From the human T2T-CHM13v2.0 reference genome, Homo sapiens: a stretch of 64,000 nt of DNA. Of this stretch, positions 13,929 to 26,890 are shown piece after piece. A program made the position numbers and the translations under genes. The notes below the pieces were generated by a model, which was not told where the DNA came from, made no database searches, and saw only the letters and a list, made by a program, of their open reading frames with translations. Position 1 is the stretch's first letter. Each line of letters opens with the position of its first letter. The DNA lies in assembly GCF_009914755.1 (NCBI RefSeq), contig NC_060929.1; one strand, 5' to 3'.

Positions 13929-14549
13929 ATCTGCATACATCATTGTCTTTATATAAATCGTGATACACCATGTTTCAACTCTATATAAGCACTATATGAA
14001 CCTTTCCTCTGCATCTTGTCAAGAAAGCCAATGACAAGGTATTATGTTCTCAAAAAAACCCAGCAAGACAAAACACAATCTTAAATATAAATGACTTTCA
14101 TTTCTTTCAAATTTTTGCTCTCACCTTCTTCTTCTAACTAAATGGATTAGATACTACATTTTAAATTGAATTTTCAAAGAACTTAAGTAGTATTAGTCTC
14201 ATAGCCACGCTGTCTGATTAACCAAGAAGCTAAAATACGAAAAATATGCGGCCCAAAAATGATATTCAGATACCAACAGATATGAAAAGTGCATTCAATA
14301 TGTTCCTTCGGGCAACAGTTACTTGGCACAGCTGGGGCTGTTAACTACCAACTTTGTCTTTATAATGGTTCTAAGATCATCAGAAGTTACTTTTGTGCAT
14401 TAAGGGCTATAGTACAGCAAGGGAGATGCCAGACAATGAAAACTTTCAGTCTCACAGCTCTTATGTGTTGTTCAGAAAGCTTTATATTCCACAAACACCC
14501 ATCATCAGCTTTTTTGAAAAAATAAAATATAGCAAATCAAAATTGACAG

Positions 14550-16300
14550 ATGAGGCAGAAATCAGAGTTTGGGCATGCAATGGGGTAGGATATTGTAGAT
14601 GACAAGAATTGTTCAGAAATTTAAATAGGAGTCCTCGGATTCTTGGCTGAGGGCTGCAGTGTTTGTGTATAGGCGGGGAGAGTGGCTGCTCAGGGTCTGG
14701 GAGCTTAATATAAATATAAGAGGTCTCAAAGAGCTCAAAGATGAATTATGATCAAGCCAGAATGGAGAGAACTCAATAAGCATCTCAAACATTCAGTTAT
14801 TATCTTGGAAAGGTCATGTATTAGGAATAAGGACCATGCTCTGGAGTAAAGTTCATACCCTGAGACTAAGGAAAAAGAAACAAAACCCAAACTAGATCAG
14901 TTCTAACAAAGAATAAAATCAAACTCAGCAATATCAAGAGGACCCACCAATGACAAGTATCTTCTAGAACAAACAGCAATAGCTTTTAAAGGATGAGAAC
15001 ATTATTCAGATTCCCAAACAGTGGGAACAGTGTGAGGAATACAACAAAAATTACTAGACATACTAAGAAGCAGTAAAATGTGATTGCTAGTCAAGAAAAA
15101 ATAAAAACCATAAGGCAACCCAGATGTTGTAATTAGCAGACAAGGAATTAAAAACCTTACTATAAATATGTCTAAGAACTTAAAGGAAAAGATGGACTTA
15201 ATGGGGAAACAGATGAAAACTGTAAAAACAAACCAAATGGAAATTTTAAATTGAAAAGCACAATATCTAAAATGAAAAATTCCTTGAACTAGATTAACAG
15301 GAGATTGCAGACTGTGGACGAAAGGGCCAGTGAATTGGAAGAGAGAACAATGGAAATGTTTCAATCTGAAGAATTGAGAAAAGAAAGAGTTAAAAATTGA
15401 ACAGAGACTCATGTCCTATGGGAAAATAGCAAGCAATCTAACATATGAGTAATTGGAGGGCTTCAAAGATAAGAGAGAGAATGAGGCAGAAAAATACTTT
15501 AAGAAATAATTGGCTCAAAATTTCCCAAATTTTTTGGAAAACATCAACTTCAGAAGATCAGCAAACCCCAAGTAGGATTCATTTAAAAGAACCCATACCA
15601 AGGGACATTATAGTCACTGGCTGAAAACAAATAAAAAAGAATAAAACCTTCCACATGATACAATACCTGACAAAATATTATACAAGAGGAAACTAAAGAC
15701 CAATATCCCTCTGAACACAGACAAACATAAAAAATCCTTAACACGTTATAAGGAAATTGAACCCAGAAATATATAAAAAGTATTATACTAGTTATGACCA
15801 ATTGAAATTTATCTCAGAAATAGAAGCTTGGTTTACCATTTAAAAATTAATAATCATAACTCACTATGATTAAAAGAACAAAAAAGAAAAACCATATGAT
15901 CATCTTGATAAATACAGGAAAAGCACTTGACAAAAATTTAACACCCATTCATGATCAAAATTCTCAGAAAACTAGGAATAGAAGGGAACTCTCTCAATTT
16001 GATAAAAGGCATCTATGAAAAATCTACAGCAAACATCATACTTAATCATTCAAGACTGAACATTTTTCCCCTAAGATCAGGAATAAGACAAGGATGTCTG
16101 TACTCATCATTTCTATTCAACATTTCGTTGGAAGTCATATGCACTGAAATGGAGCAAGAAGAAATTAAAGACATATAAATTGGAAAGAAATAGAACTATC
16201 TTTATTCACAAGCAATGTCATCTTGTATGTAGAAAATCTTGAAGAATCTACAGAAAAAAATACTGGAATTAATAAAATGAATATCATTGCAGGTCAACAT
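14550..16300 (+). mobile_element. Ancient L1M (L1ME/MD-type) with 5' region/ORF1 relic joined to an ORF2 RT fragment; non-functional
   Basis: A-rich ORF1-like sequence at 15040-15640. ORF 15951-16178 (MIKILRKLGIEGNSLNLIKGIYEKSTANIILN..FPLRSGIRQGC..S.FLFNI.LEV) is L1 ORF2 RT. The FADD motif has decayed to FTSN near 16205. Confidence 0.9.
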
Positions 16301-18921
16301 ACACGATTAATCAGAAGCTTGGCTTGGGACGTGTTAAGTCTGAAATGTCAGGTTGGCAGTTCGATTTGAAATATAGGGTTTGAGGAAGAGGCCTGTCATG
16401 GAGAAATAAATGTAGAAATAGATTTTAGAAGATATTTGTGACCTTTGGATGAATGAAATCCTCTAAGGAATAAGGATGGAGAGGGAAGAAGAGAGGTCCA
16501 AGGACTGAGAGTCCTTTGGTGCAGAAAGTCTTTTAAGTTTCACAGTTGGCTCTTTCTCTGGGTCCTGATTGTGAGAAGAGGGACTTGTGGGGCTTGTGCT
16601 GTAGTGTAGACTCAGTATAAATCAATATTTGCTCCAAGGGACTCTCATTTGAAGAACAACAATAGGCTCCCAGAGGGTACTGGAACTCTTGCTTACATAG
16701 TCAGTTCTTATTAATACTAACTGATGCTCTCCAATCAGCATTAGTGATGACCTCTTTGGGTAGCTGTAGGGCAGAATTTGTCCCTTCTGGCTTGGGAAAG
16801 GGGTCATATGAATCTTATTCCCTTGCTTACCCAACAGGAGGCATTTCTGTGATAAACTCCAGCGCTGTTTCTTTCTTTGGCTTTTTTATTATGCTTTGGC
16901 ATCTCATCTAGTCCATGTGCAGTATCTGTCTCTGGGGCTCTGTGGAAACAGGAATGCTCCAATACATCACCATCATCCCCTTCATCACCATGCTGCTAGT
17001 CGCAGAGTGCTCACTTGGACATCTCACTCCTCTTCCACCCCCAGAGCCTGGAAGATGAAAATGCTGGGCATTTCATATAGCCTCAGGCTATTGACAACTA
17101 GTGTAATACATAGAGCCAGATGGCTTTACATATTTTTCTGAAGGCAGAACATAGCTTGTCTTTTCTAAGATCTTATCTCTTTAATGAGCAGTGGTAGTAT
17201 AATTAAGGCCTTTCTCCAATGCTATGGATATGCCAAACCTACTGGGAAGTTTGTTTAGCTTTCATAAATCAAATTGGTTTGGACCTTCGCACACTTGGGG
17301 GCCAGTTCTGACATCTACTGATGGTGGCTGTCATAGTGGTGTTTGGTTTTCTCTTCTCACAGGGAAATTACCTTTGTTTAGAGGGAGGCTTCTCTGATGG
17401 TGCTGATTACTAGGGCCAGATGGCTGCTTTTAAGGCAAAGGTAGAGCTTGGGATGAAGGAGTGTTGCTCTCAAGTGGGAGGTGTGAGAGGTAGCAGGGCT
17501 CTGGGAAGGAGCCCTTTGGCATGGAGCAAGTTCTTACCTGGGAGAACCCAGGACTGCCCTGTCAGGGACAGCCCCTGCCTGGTGGGCAGGACCAAAACCC
17601 CTTAGGTAGCTTGCTTGGCTCTGCTGGCTCAAAGAGGTCTACAGCATGGTTCCCCAAAGAGCCGGGTGGAAATAGATGTATTTGCAATTTGCATTCTAAA
17701 CAAGCTGTTTGGAATAAATATGCTGGCTACATTGTTTTCTTGGCTCTTATTCATTGGTTAATAATGTGTTATTTTTTTGGAAATAGCTCTTTCTCTGTTG
17801 GCTTGAAAGATGAATCCAAGGGAAATGTTGTGTTGGATTCTGTGCTAATCTTTCAAAACAACATGTGTGCAGGAGTGGTTTGGTCAAACCTGGCTACGAT
17901 CTCGTAGAAACTCATAGCGAGTGGTTCCAGACAAAAGGGGAACTGAGGATGAGATGAAAATGCTCTTGGCAGGTCCTGACTCAAATGTGGCTCCTGATGG
18001 GCACTTGCTCAAGAGTAGAGAGAAAAGGGCACAGGCTCAGATGGTATCCACAGGACTAAGCACATCACTTATGGCTTCTGCAAAGAAATTGAGAGACTAT
18101 CTCACACATAGGCTCTGAGGGAAAGGACCCAGGCCAGTGGGAGCCAGGGCGGCAGCAACGTAAGTCCTAAACCCCCAGCACACAGGAAGGGAAGTGGGCA
18201 GAGAACAGTCAGCAGTCTGGGGTGCGCTGAATAGACTCAGCCCCCAACATGTATGTCAGCCGTCCCGTCACCCGGACTGCGACACATCCTTGGTGGACAC
18301 GATGTATTGTTCTGAAGCAGGTTCTTTTTACAGACACAGCTGCTTGATTATGTTTTTGAGTTGCTTCCTGACGGGCGGTGGGGAAAAAGCTGAGAACAGC
18401 TGCAGCCTCAGTGAGAATGAGGCCAGAGTCCTTGTGTGTTTTCAGCCCTTCTCAGTCTGGGGCTGAACACACAAGACTCTGTGAAGAGAAGGCTGAGCTG
18501 AGTTTCTAGGCCCTTCTATGGTGACCAATTCAGAATGTCAGTCAGCCACACTTGCAGGAAGAGCCTCTGGGCTGGAAGTAAGGGTGGAACAAGAATTGGT
18601 TCTTGGTGCCAAGATGGCCCCATCACTGCGCAGAAGAGCATCTCCCATCTAGCCTGTCTCTCATGGGCCTTGCTCTCCTGCAATGCTAATGAAGGGGTGA
18701 CTTGCCCTCTGCCCCACTCAGAGAGGTCAGGACAGACACCATCTCAGCCTTCGCAGAGTCAACTCTCCCAATGGAAAGTCCGGTCCTTTCAGCCAACATT
18801 TATGGGCATCTCGTCATGCCAGAAACCATGTTTTTTCTGTGGGACAATCTTGTTCTTGGCCTTGGGGAGCTCCCAGGTTAGTGAGCAGCGACCCCGTTAA
18901 CTCACACAAGTTCTCAGAGCA

Positions 18922-19135
18922 GCAGCTACCAACATTTACTGCACTAATATGTGGCAGACATTTTCACCAGCATCATCACATTTAATCCTCCCAACAATGC
19001 CATGTGTTTAGCGCTATGATTATCATCTTATTTTGCAGATGAGGAGATTAAGGCTTAGAGAGCTAAGTAACTTGACCAAGGCTGCCGCTAGTAAAAGGAA
19101 GAGCCAGGGTTTAAACTCCAGAGCCCACACTCTTT
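18922..19135 (-). mobile_element. MIR SINE
   Basis: 'atttaatcctcccaacaa...attttgcagatgaggagattaaggcttagagagctaagtaacttgaccaagg' is the MIR core. Confidence 0.88.
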
Positions 19136-19189
19136 ATTAGAGCCAGAGGACTGATCTCAGAGAAAATAGATACTTTAATCTAGTTCTTA

Positions 19190-19560
19190 TGATAAGCATT
19201 TGATGTTACACACTGTGCTATGGAGGGGCCAAGGAGGTTATTCAAATAAAGAGATTAGAGAAGGCTCTTTGGAGAAGATGATTCATGAGACAGACTTTGA
19301 AAGACAAATGGAATTTCAGCAAGTTGTGGATGGGGAGAAAAAAAAAACCCAGTAGGAGGGCCAGCCTTTGCAAAAGTGTCAGAACTGAGCAGGGCATATT
19401 TGGACTGAGAAGCCTAATATGGTGGGAACCTGGGACTTGTGAAAACAGGTGGTGGAAGATGACACAGGACAGCTAAAATTCTGGAGTCTGACTTTTACCG
19501 TCTGACACAGACGGTAAAAGCCATGAGGGTTTGGGGCAGTAATGTTTCTGATCTGAGTGC
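19190..19560 (-). mobile_element. L2 fragment
   Basis: 'agaaggctctttggagaagatgattcatgagacagactttgaaagaca...gcctttgcaaaag'. Confidence 0.55.
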
Positions 19561-19649
19561 AGATTTGTGATTGATGGTGACATCTGATGAACCCCAGGTG
19601 CACATGTCTCTAGGCTGTCTGGGGCAGTGCCACCTGCTAATATTAATGA

Positions 19650-19865
19650 AAATAGCCAGCATTTGTTCTAAGTGTCTGCATCACTGCCATCATTCCAGAG
19701 GCTTTATATTCATTATCATTAGTCTTCATCATAGCCCTGCAAAGCAGATAAGAAAACTGAAGCTCGGAGAGGTTAAGTCACCTCCCTGAGGCCACCCAGC
19801 TAATGAATGATGGAGCTAGGAGTCAGACCCAGATTTGTGTGGTTCCAAAGCCATGCTCTTTGCAC
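19650..19865 (-). mobile_element. MIR SINE
   Basis: 'cagataagaaaactgaagctcggagaggttaagtcacct...ggagctaggagtcagacccag'. Confidence 0.85.
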
Positions 19866-21629
19866 AACACATGGAACTTTTCCCCAGAGATTAGAAATGA
19901 AATGAAGACCATTTTTCTGCTCATCCTCATGCCCGGGAGGTCACTTTCCCAAGTGTAAGTTGACAGTGAGGCTGCCACCTAGCACTGATTTTACCTGCAG
20001 GGAGGGACTTTCCACCAAGGCTTTCCATTGCCATCACTGTTGACTTCTGAGCTGGGCTTACGTACAGTGGAAGGCAGTGCAGTCTCTGAAGAGAGAACTC
20101 CAGTTCAAATACAAGAACTCTTGTATTTGAAGGCAAGGGGGATCCGCTTTCCTGTCTCCTGCTCCATCTGTCCCCATTCTAAAACAGCCAAAGGCTCCAC
20201 AAGGCTTCCTCTGCACTGCTCAGGTGCACGCCAGTTTGGAATGAAACCAACTCTCAGCCAATTAAATGGCGTACGGGAGCGTTGATATAATTCCGAGAGT
20301 AAGGACTTGTGGACAGTTTTCCCTTTGGTTGTTCACTTCTTTTGCATTGTGTTTGAGTGTACAGATGTGGAGCCACAGCTGGTTTCCTCCTTTCTGTGAG
20401 GGCCCTTTGATAGCCAGTCAACTGAGTTTTCCATTGTTATTTTTCACAGGTCTAATAGCTGTTGGCAACCACTTTGTGTTATTTTGTTCACATAATTATT
20501 CACTGAGCATGAAATACCCCTGAACAACCATCAGCGTCTCAGCTGTGGCCTTGCTAGCTGGCGTCACCACTAGAAAGTGGTTAAAACCTTGAGGACGAAA
20601 TGGGGATTTTTTTCTAATAAGATTGATTCAGCCACTAAGCGCAAAGCCTGACACATGTGTTGAGTTCGAATTCACTCTGAGTTGCTGTGACATGGTTGCG
20701 CAAGTGCCCTGAGTTCTGCCAAGTCTGTGATCATAACCCTTCTTAGAAAAGTGTTTTTAGGGAAGACAGGTCAGCCTGGTCTCTGCTGCTCATGATTGAA
20801 ATTGAGGGCAGAGACTACTGGACCCCACATGAAACCTCTTCCTTCCTGCCTGGGGCTTGTCCTTCAGTGGCTCATGTTTTACTAGCAGCTGCTTCATAGT
20901 TCCAGCACTCAGGAAAGCATAGATACCCAAAAGAGAAAACTCAGAGACTTTAATCTGCTCTCTGCCTGTGTAGGCTCATGTGCTGTTTGGAGAGAATGTA
21001 GAACTTCTCCCTTTATCTCATAACTTGAACTACAATTGCTGGCAGTGAAGTTCAGGGCCAAGGGAGGAGTAAAGAGAATAGGGCCAAGGGATTGCATTGA
21101 TGGGCATGACCAGGCAATAAGATGGCCACAGGAATTCATTCTTAATAAGAGACTTGGGAATAGCTGCAAGTTTTCTGTTTGTGTGAAAAAGAGCCTTAGG
21201 AAGTGTTTTGAATCTTGAAAAAAAATCTTATAAATAGAAGGAAGAAAGAATTTTCCCTTAGTAAGCTTCTGAGGATTACGTTCCAAGGCCCTAGGGGAGG
21301 AAATAGGAAAGAATTTAATTTCCCGCTGGAAGGATTTGCACACTGCAGGCAGGGGTGTTGGTGGCATTCTCACTGAGGACGCTGCACACGGAGGAAGAGC
21401 CCTCTCCGGCCGGCCTTGGCTCTGGAGGGAGTTCAGGAGACCCAGCATGTGTTTCAGGAGCCTTATGGCAGATCACTCATTTTTATTTAGACTTGGATTT
21501 CCATTTAGCAAGTTGATCCAATAGTCCCTCCATACCTGAGGTTGTATAGGTGGCTGCCTTATCTCTGTTCCTTCAAGTTCTGGTGACTTCTGAGCCACCA
21601 CCTCCTGGCCACCTAGACTCAGGATGTCT

Positions 21630-21735
21630 ACAGCTTTGGCCTCAGTTTCCTTAGCTGTAAGATGAAGATTATAATTGTAGTCTCCATAAAGTTTTTGGAA
21701 GGATTTAATGATCTAATTCATGTAAAGTACTGATT
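21630..21735 (+). mobile_element. MIR fragment
   Basis: 'ggcctcagtttccttagctgtaagatgaag...ggatttaatga...catgtaaagtac'. Confidence 0.75.
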
Positions 21736-21737
21736 AA

Positions 21738-21826
21738 ATGTATATACTCATTATATATATAATTTCCCATTTATGTATATATATACGCATTTATAATATA
21801 ATTTCCCATTATATATATATATATAC
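21738..21826. repeat. (TA)n-rich low-complexity tract containing a duplicated TATAATTTCCCATT
   Basis: Seen directly. Confidence 0.8.
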
Positions 21827-21827
21827 A

Positions 21828-22330
21828 ATGGGAAGGACATAATGCTAAGTGAAATATGCCAGGCACAGAAAGACAAACACTACATCATCTCACTGAAAAG
21901 TGGAATCTAAAAAAGTTGAACTCATAGAATCAGAAGTAGAATGGTGTTTGCCAGTGACTAGGGAGTGGGGGAAATGGGAAGATGTTGATCTAAGGGCATA
22001 AAGTTTCAATTATACAGGATGAATAGGTTCTAGAGATCATGGTAACTATAGCTGATAATACTATATTGTATACTTGAAATATTATATTATATGATATACA
22101 ATATATTGTATACTATATTGTACACTCTTTGCTTAGAGAGTGAAAAATGTTCTCATCACACAAAAAGGTAATTATATGAGATGATGGATATGTTAATTAG
22201 GTCAATTGTGGTAATCATTTCGCAATGTGTACTTATATCAACACGTCATGTTCTGCACCAAAAATACATGCGGTTTTTATTTGTCAATTATACTGTACCT
22301 CAATAAAACTAGAAATAAACAAATAAATGA
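21828..22330 (+). mobile_element. L1MA (MA8/9-like) 3' end
   Basis: 'ggacataatgctaagtgaaatatgccaggcacagaaagacaaa...tgtggtaatcatttcgcaatgtg...cctcaataaaact' followed by an A-rich tail. Confidence 0.9.
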
Positions 22331-24519
22331 GTTTTGAGGAAACTTAAAAAATCTCAGAAGCCAACACTGGTACTTTATATTAACTAAATTCTAGATTTTA
22401 TTTGAATTTTACTAGGTTTTTCTACTAGTGTCCTGTTCTGTTCCTTGATCCAATCCAGGGCACCGCATTATATTTAGACTTATTTTTATTATCCTTCTCC
22501 ATTTGTTCTGTAAGAATCCCAGGGACAGGAGCTGTGTCCTCCCTTCCCTCAAGCACAGCACAGTCATGCATGGGGCCATGGCACAACCAGAGCTTGGGGA
22601 TGTTATCAGTGACTTTGCTCTAAAAACATCTTGTCCCCAAATCTCTGTAATCTGGGGAGATCATTAGGGCCTAGGGTCCTAATGAGCAGTCCTCATTAGG
22701 GTAGAGCAGTCCTCAGTGCTCTACCCACCCTCAGCCCCCAGCCTCCTGGAGGACAGAGCCAGGGCATGTGCAGAGGAGGCCTCCTGGGCTCTGGGACACA
22801 TGGACACATGAAGTCTTTGCATTGTGCTCATGGCAGGGAAGGGGTCACTTTCTGTTTTCCTGAGGCTCTTAAGCCAGCCTTTGGGCCTTCCTCACCATCC
22901 CAAGCCAGTGCCAGTCCAATGCTCTCTGCAGAACAGGACCTGTGGCGGGAATCCCTGGGGCCCTAGCTTTCTTTGTAGTATGACTCCTTGGAGTTTAGGC
23001 CTCTTCTCTGGGAGCACTGCTTGGAAATTCCACCACTGCGCTTTAGAAGGATCTTTGTTTCATTTCCTGCCTTGGGCCTGTGGTTGTAGAGAGAGGAAGG
23101 TGGTGGTCCTAGGGGCATAGGGCCTCCTGGTGTCTTCTGGCTTTGCACTAGACTCTTCCTCTCTGGGCTCAGGCCTGTGTGGCCTGTGATGAGAGGCCTC
23201 AACGGGGAGATTCATTCCGGGGTCCACTGAGAGTCTTATGAAGTACAGGTAGCCTCAACCCCCAAATTAGTGCAGAGTTTGAATGAAAATCCTCAGCACT
23301 GGCTAGAGAGGGCAGGTCTTTGTCATTCTCTCCCAGGACCTGCTCTTGGGCTGCCTCTGGGGTCTGGCACTTTTAACTGGAGCCATGCTGAAGTCTTGAC
23401 AGTTTCGGGTCCTAGGCCTTGGAGTTGTGCAGCAGATGCTTTCAGCACCCCAAGTCCCAGGGCACTCCTATCAGGCAGCCAGCCTGCCTGACGATGGAGC
23501 CTGGCTGACTACCAAGAAAGTGCACTTAATGTACATTCCTACTCCAAACCTTAAGTACATTAATATTTTGAAACCTCAAATCAGTTTGTTCTCTTAAAAA
23601 CTAGAACCACATGCCCTCAGAAACATTGTGCTGATGGGCTCTGATTTTTCTTTTCATGAAATGGAAATCACAGGCTGTGGAAGCAGGAGACCTGCGCTCC
23701 AGCCCAGCTGTAGCACTAAGTGCCATGTGAGCCTGGGCAGGTCCCTAACCCCAAGGCCTCAATTTCTCTAGCTTAAGGGCCTACCAGCTCTGAGGGTTTA
23801 TGATCCTAGAGGGAACAGAGACTCTGAAGTTGACTGGTTTATAGGAAAGTTTACTTGAAATCCATGAGGGCCTATGATTGCTTGTAAATGATTAAGATGC
23901 ATTTTTTTGTAAGTCTAAACACAGGCAAAATGACAAGAATGTAAACAGTGCTTAGAAAGTCCCCTTCTTCTGGTGCCTGTGGATGAGAATCACAGTAAAA
24001 GCATGGAAGAGGCAGGAGAAGACAAGGCACTAGCTGGTCATTATGCCCCTGGGGGCCTGTGGCTGCCCAGAACTGGGGCAAACCAGCAGCCTGGACACCG
24101 GTTATGGTACCAGTTCCTTAGTTCTCTTCCAGGAACAAGGGCTTGGAGCCTGCAGCCTTAACTTCCCAGCTTCCCTCTGGGAGAGCCCTGCAGAGTTCCT
24201 GTTGCCAGCTTTGGATTCTTGTTGGAGCCATGCGACTCAGTGAGGAGGTCCCAGCTAACCAATTTATGGGAAGATGGAGTAGAGACAATAGCGGGAACCC
24301 TGTCCTGTGCCTGGCCCTTGCCCTGAGGTGTTTGGCAACAGCATCCACAGAAATCACTAGGTATGGGGTCTTGTGGGATAAGATTATTTTAGGGTGGAAA
24401 AGAGTTCTGTGGTTAATAACACAAATTGAAAAAAAATGGTGTAAATGATCGACTTGGTGTCAGTTGGCTAGGGCACCCCTCATGAGGGGGACATGAGTCT
24501 ATAAGGCTTTATTGTTTTC

Positions 24520-24900
24520 TTCATCAAGTGTTGACTGAGTGTCTAATCCATCCCAGGTACTATGTTGGGTACCTGACTTGGTGGTGACTGTATGCCGGCT
24601 GGGGAGAAGGAATACGAACAGGTGAACCACAGTTGAAGAAGGGGTAACAAATGGCAGACAGGGTGCTTTGGTGAGAGTGGCCAGTGACTCAGATGGGGTA
24701 GTCAGGGAAGACTTCTCTGGGGTAGTGCCTTTATACTTAGACCAGAAGGGTTAGGAGGAGCCAGTGTACAAAGGGTGGAGGGAAAGGAATCCCAGGCAAC
24801 ACAACAGCACAGGCTAAGGCTCTAAAGCCAGGAAGGGCTGGGCTCGGGCTGCACAGAGTGGTTTGAATGAGTGAGGGAATACAGGCATTGAAGATGCACA
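24520..24900 (-). mobile_element. L2 3' fragment
   Basis: 'gttgactgagtgtcta...ccaggtactatgttgggtac...ggggtagtcagggaagacttctctgg...ccaggcaac...aaggctct'. Confidence 0.7.
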
Positions 24901-26119
24901 TGCAGGGTTTCTTTGACTATGTGTCCTGGGTAGTAGGGGGTGGCTTTGGGGTTAGGATGATCATGGGTATACAGGATGCAAAGAGGACTATGTGTGTACC
25001 CATCAGAGACCTTGGAATGGACATGCCCTAGATTAAGCACAGCACCCATGCAGCAAAATGCCAAGCTCTTGGCTAAGAAGCTGAAAACCATGGCTCCCTA
25101 AGCACTTGTAGAAAGACAGTGAATTAATGCAGCCTTTCCTACATCCACCCGCTTCTCCTGCCAGCCATCGTCAGAGGCCATTCTCATAGTTCGCCCTTTT
25201 CTTATGATCATTCATATTCTTCAAAAATATTCTTATATTTCCTGCAGTCTCATTTCTTTAGGTGGCCCATAATTGCTTGGAGAGAAAGCTGTCAGGAGGC
25301 CCAGCTCCAGTGCCAGAAATTCTGTGAAGCCTTGTCCAACCTCATAGTCCTTGCTGAGGCCTGTATTCTCTGGCCTGTGTCAGCTTGATTCTCTAAGCCA
25401 CACACTGTAGACAATTGCTACTCAAAGTTTGGTTTCTCCTTTCTCCTCCCTTTTCCTTGACTGATACACTCCAAGCTCACTTAGTCATGAGAATGGACGG
25501 ACATTGCCAGCATTCAAGAGGTCAGAAGTGTGGCAACATTGATTGAGGATGATGCTTCCTTCACATGGGGTGGGAGAGAGCCTCCAGACACAGTGAGTTC
25601 CCAGGAACCAGCCGGGTTCATCAGGAGGGTGCTGCCTTGGAGAAGGATGACTCTAGGACAAGGGATGACCCTGAACAAAAAGTGCAGTCACTGATGGAGT
25701 GGAACTAAAAAAAAAACAACAACAACAGAACTCTTTCTTTCAAAGCAACTGACTGTTATTAAGCACCTACTGTTAGCTCAGCCCTGGCCAGGTTCCAGGG
25801 AAATGAGAGAAGGTGCTCATTTCAATGTCAGGACCACAAGGTTTGTTTTTTAACGGTGGTTTGCTTAGAGTCAAACAGAACTGAGAACATCCAGTCCCCA
25901 TCTTTGGATTGAGCCTGTCATCTTTGTGCGTGTGTATGTGTGTGTGTGGTGGGTGGAATGGGGGGCATAGGCAGAGGAGCTCATTTTTTGCTTCCTGATT
26001 GCTTTAGGCCTATTTATTGATCAAGAGCTTTGTTTGCTCAGTTTATTCACAGAATAATATACATATGTTGGCCTACTCCCTGCCTTCCTCTCTGGCGCCA
26101 CTTCCTGACACCCCTACAT

Positions 26120-26890
26120 CCATGCCAGTTATCAATATATTGCCTTTCAGCTCCAAATCTACCCTTATTTTCCTGCTTGTTGATAATGGAGGTGGGCTTT
26201 GTAAATATTTTTCCCTTATTGACAAAGAGCATTGGAGGGACACTGGAGAGAGAAGGGGTTTCCCCTTCCTGGTTCCCATGAGCCTGGTCCACCAGGCTCC
26301 TACAGAGCATGCTTTCTCCAGGCTTAGGTCCTGAGAGCATGTAGTTTCTGCTGTGCTAGGCTCATGCAGTGAACTCCTTTTCCCAATGCCTTGCTCCTGC
26401 AGATGGGGCTTTTTGAGCTCCTATAGTGCCCAGTGACTCACAGCCCCCTCCCTCTCAACCATGTCCTCTGGCAACCTTCCAGTGGAATGCCACACTCATC
26501 CTTGTGAGTGGTTTCCCCCAGGACTCCCTCAGGTGACTGTACAGTGAGTTCCTAGGCATGGCATGTGTGGACACCTTCCCCTGACACCTTAGTAGGCAGA
26601 TTCCCAGCAAGTCCTACCAGCAAGTCATCTGCCTTCATTAGTTTTTTCTCATCCAGTAGGCCATGGCTATCCCCTCTCCAAGATCTTAATCCCAGCCCTA
26701 GTGGGAGGAAGAGGCTCTTCTGTGGGCATCAATCTCAGCCCTAGGGGTAGTGGCTGCTACCTATATCTGCTGTTCTTATATTCTTTAACTCTTACCAGAG
26801 TTAATTCTGCTCTTTTATTAATAATTCTTCATATTAAACTTTTTTTCTGTTTGAAAATTGCTGTGTGGTTTCTTTGTCCTCATTGGACCT
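26120..26890 (+). mobile_element. ERVL LTR, LTR41-like, with the 3' tip deleted
   Basis: 'tgccagttatcaatatattgcctttcagctccaaat...ggagggacactgg...ctcagccctaggggtagtggctgct...attaaact'. Confidence 0.72.

Noticed and set aside
20655-20715. B-box-like GAGTTCGAATTC as a tRNA gene
   Set aside because: No cloverleaf or properly spaced A-box. The downstream sequence resembles a decayed MIR head.
20909-21448. Longest ORF in the track (179 aa, minus strand)
   Set aside because: Low-information L/S/F/P-rich translation with no domain or splice support; the length is compatible with chance.
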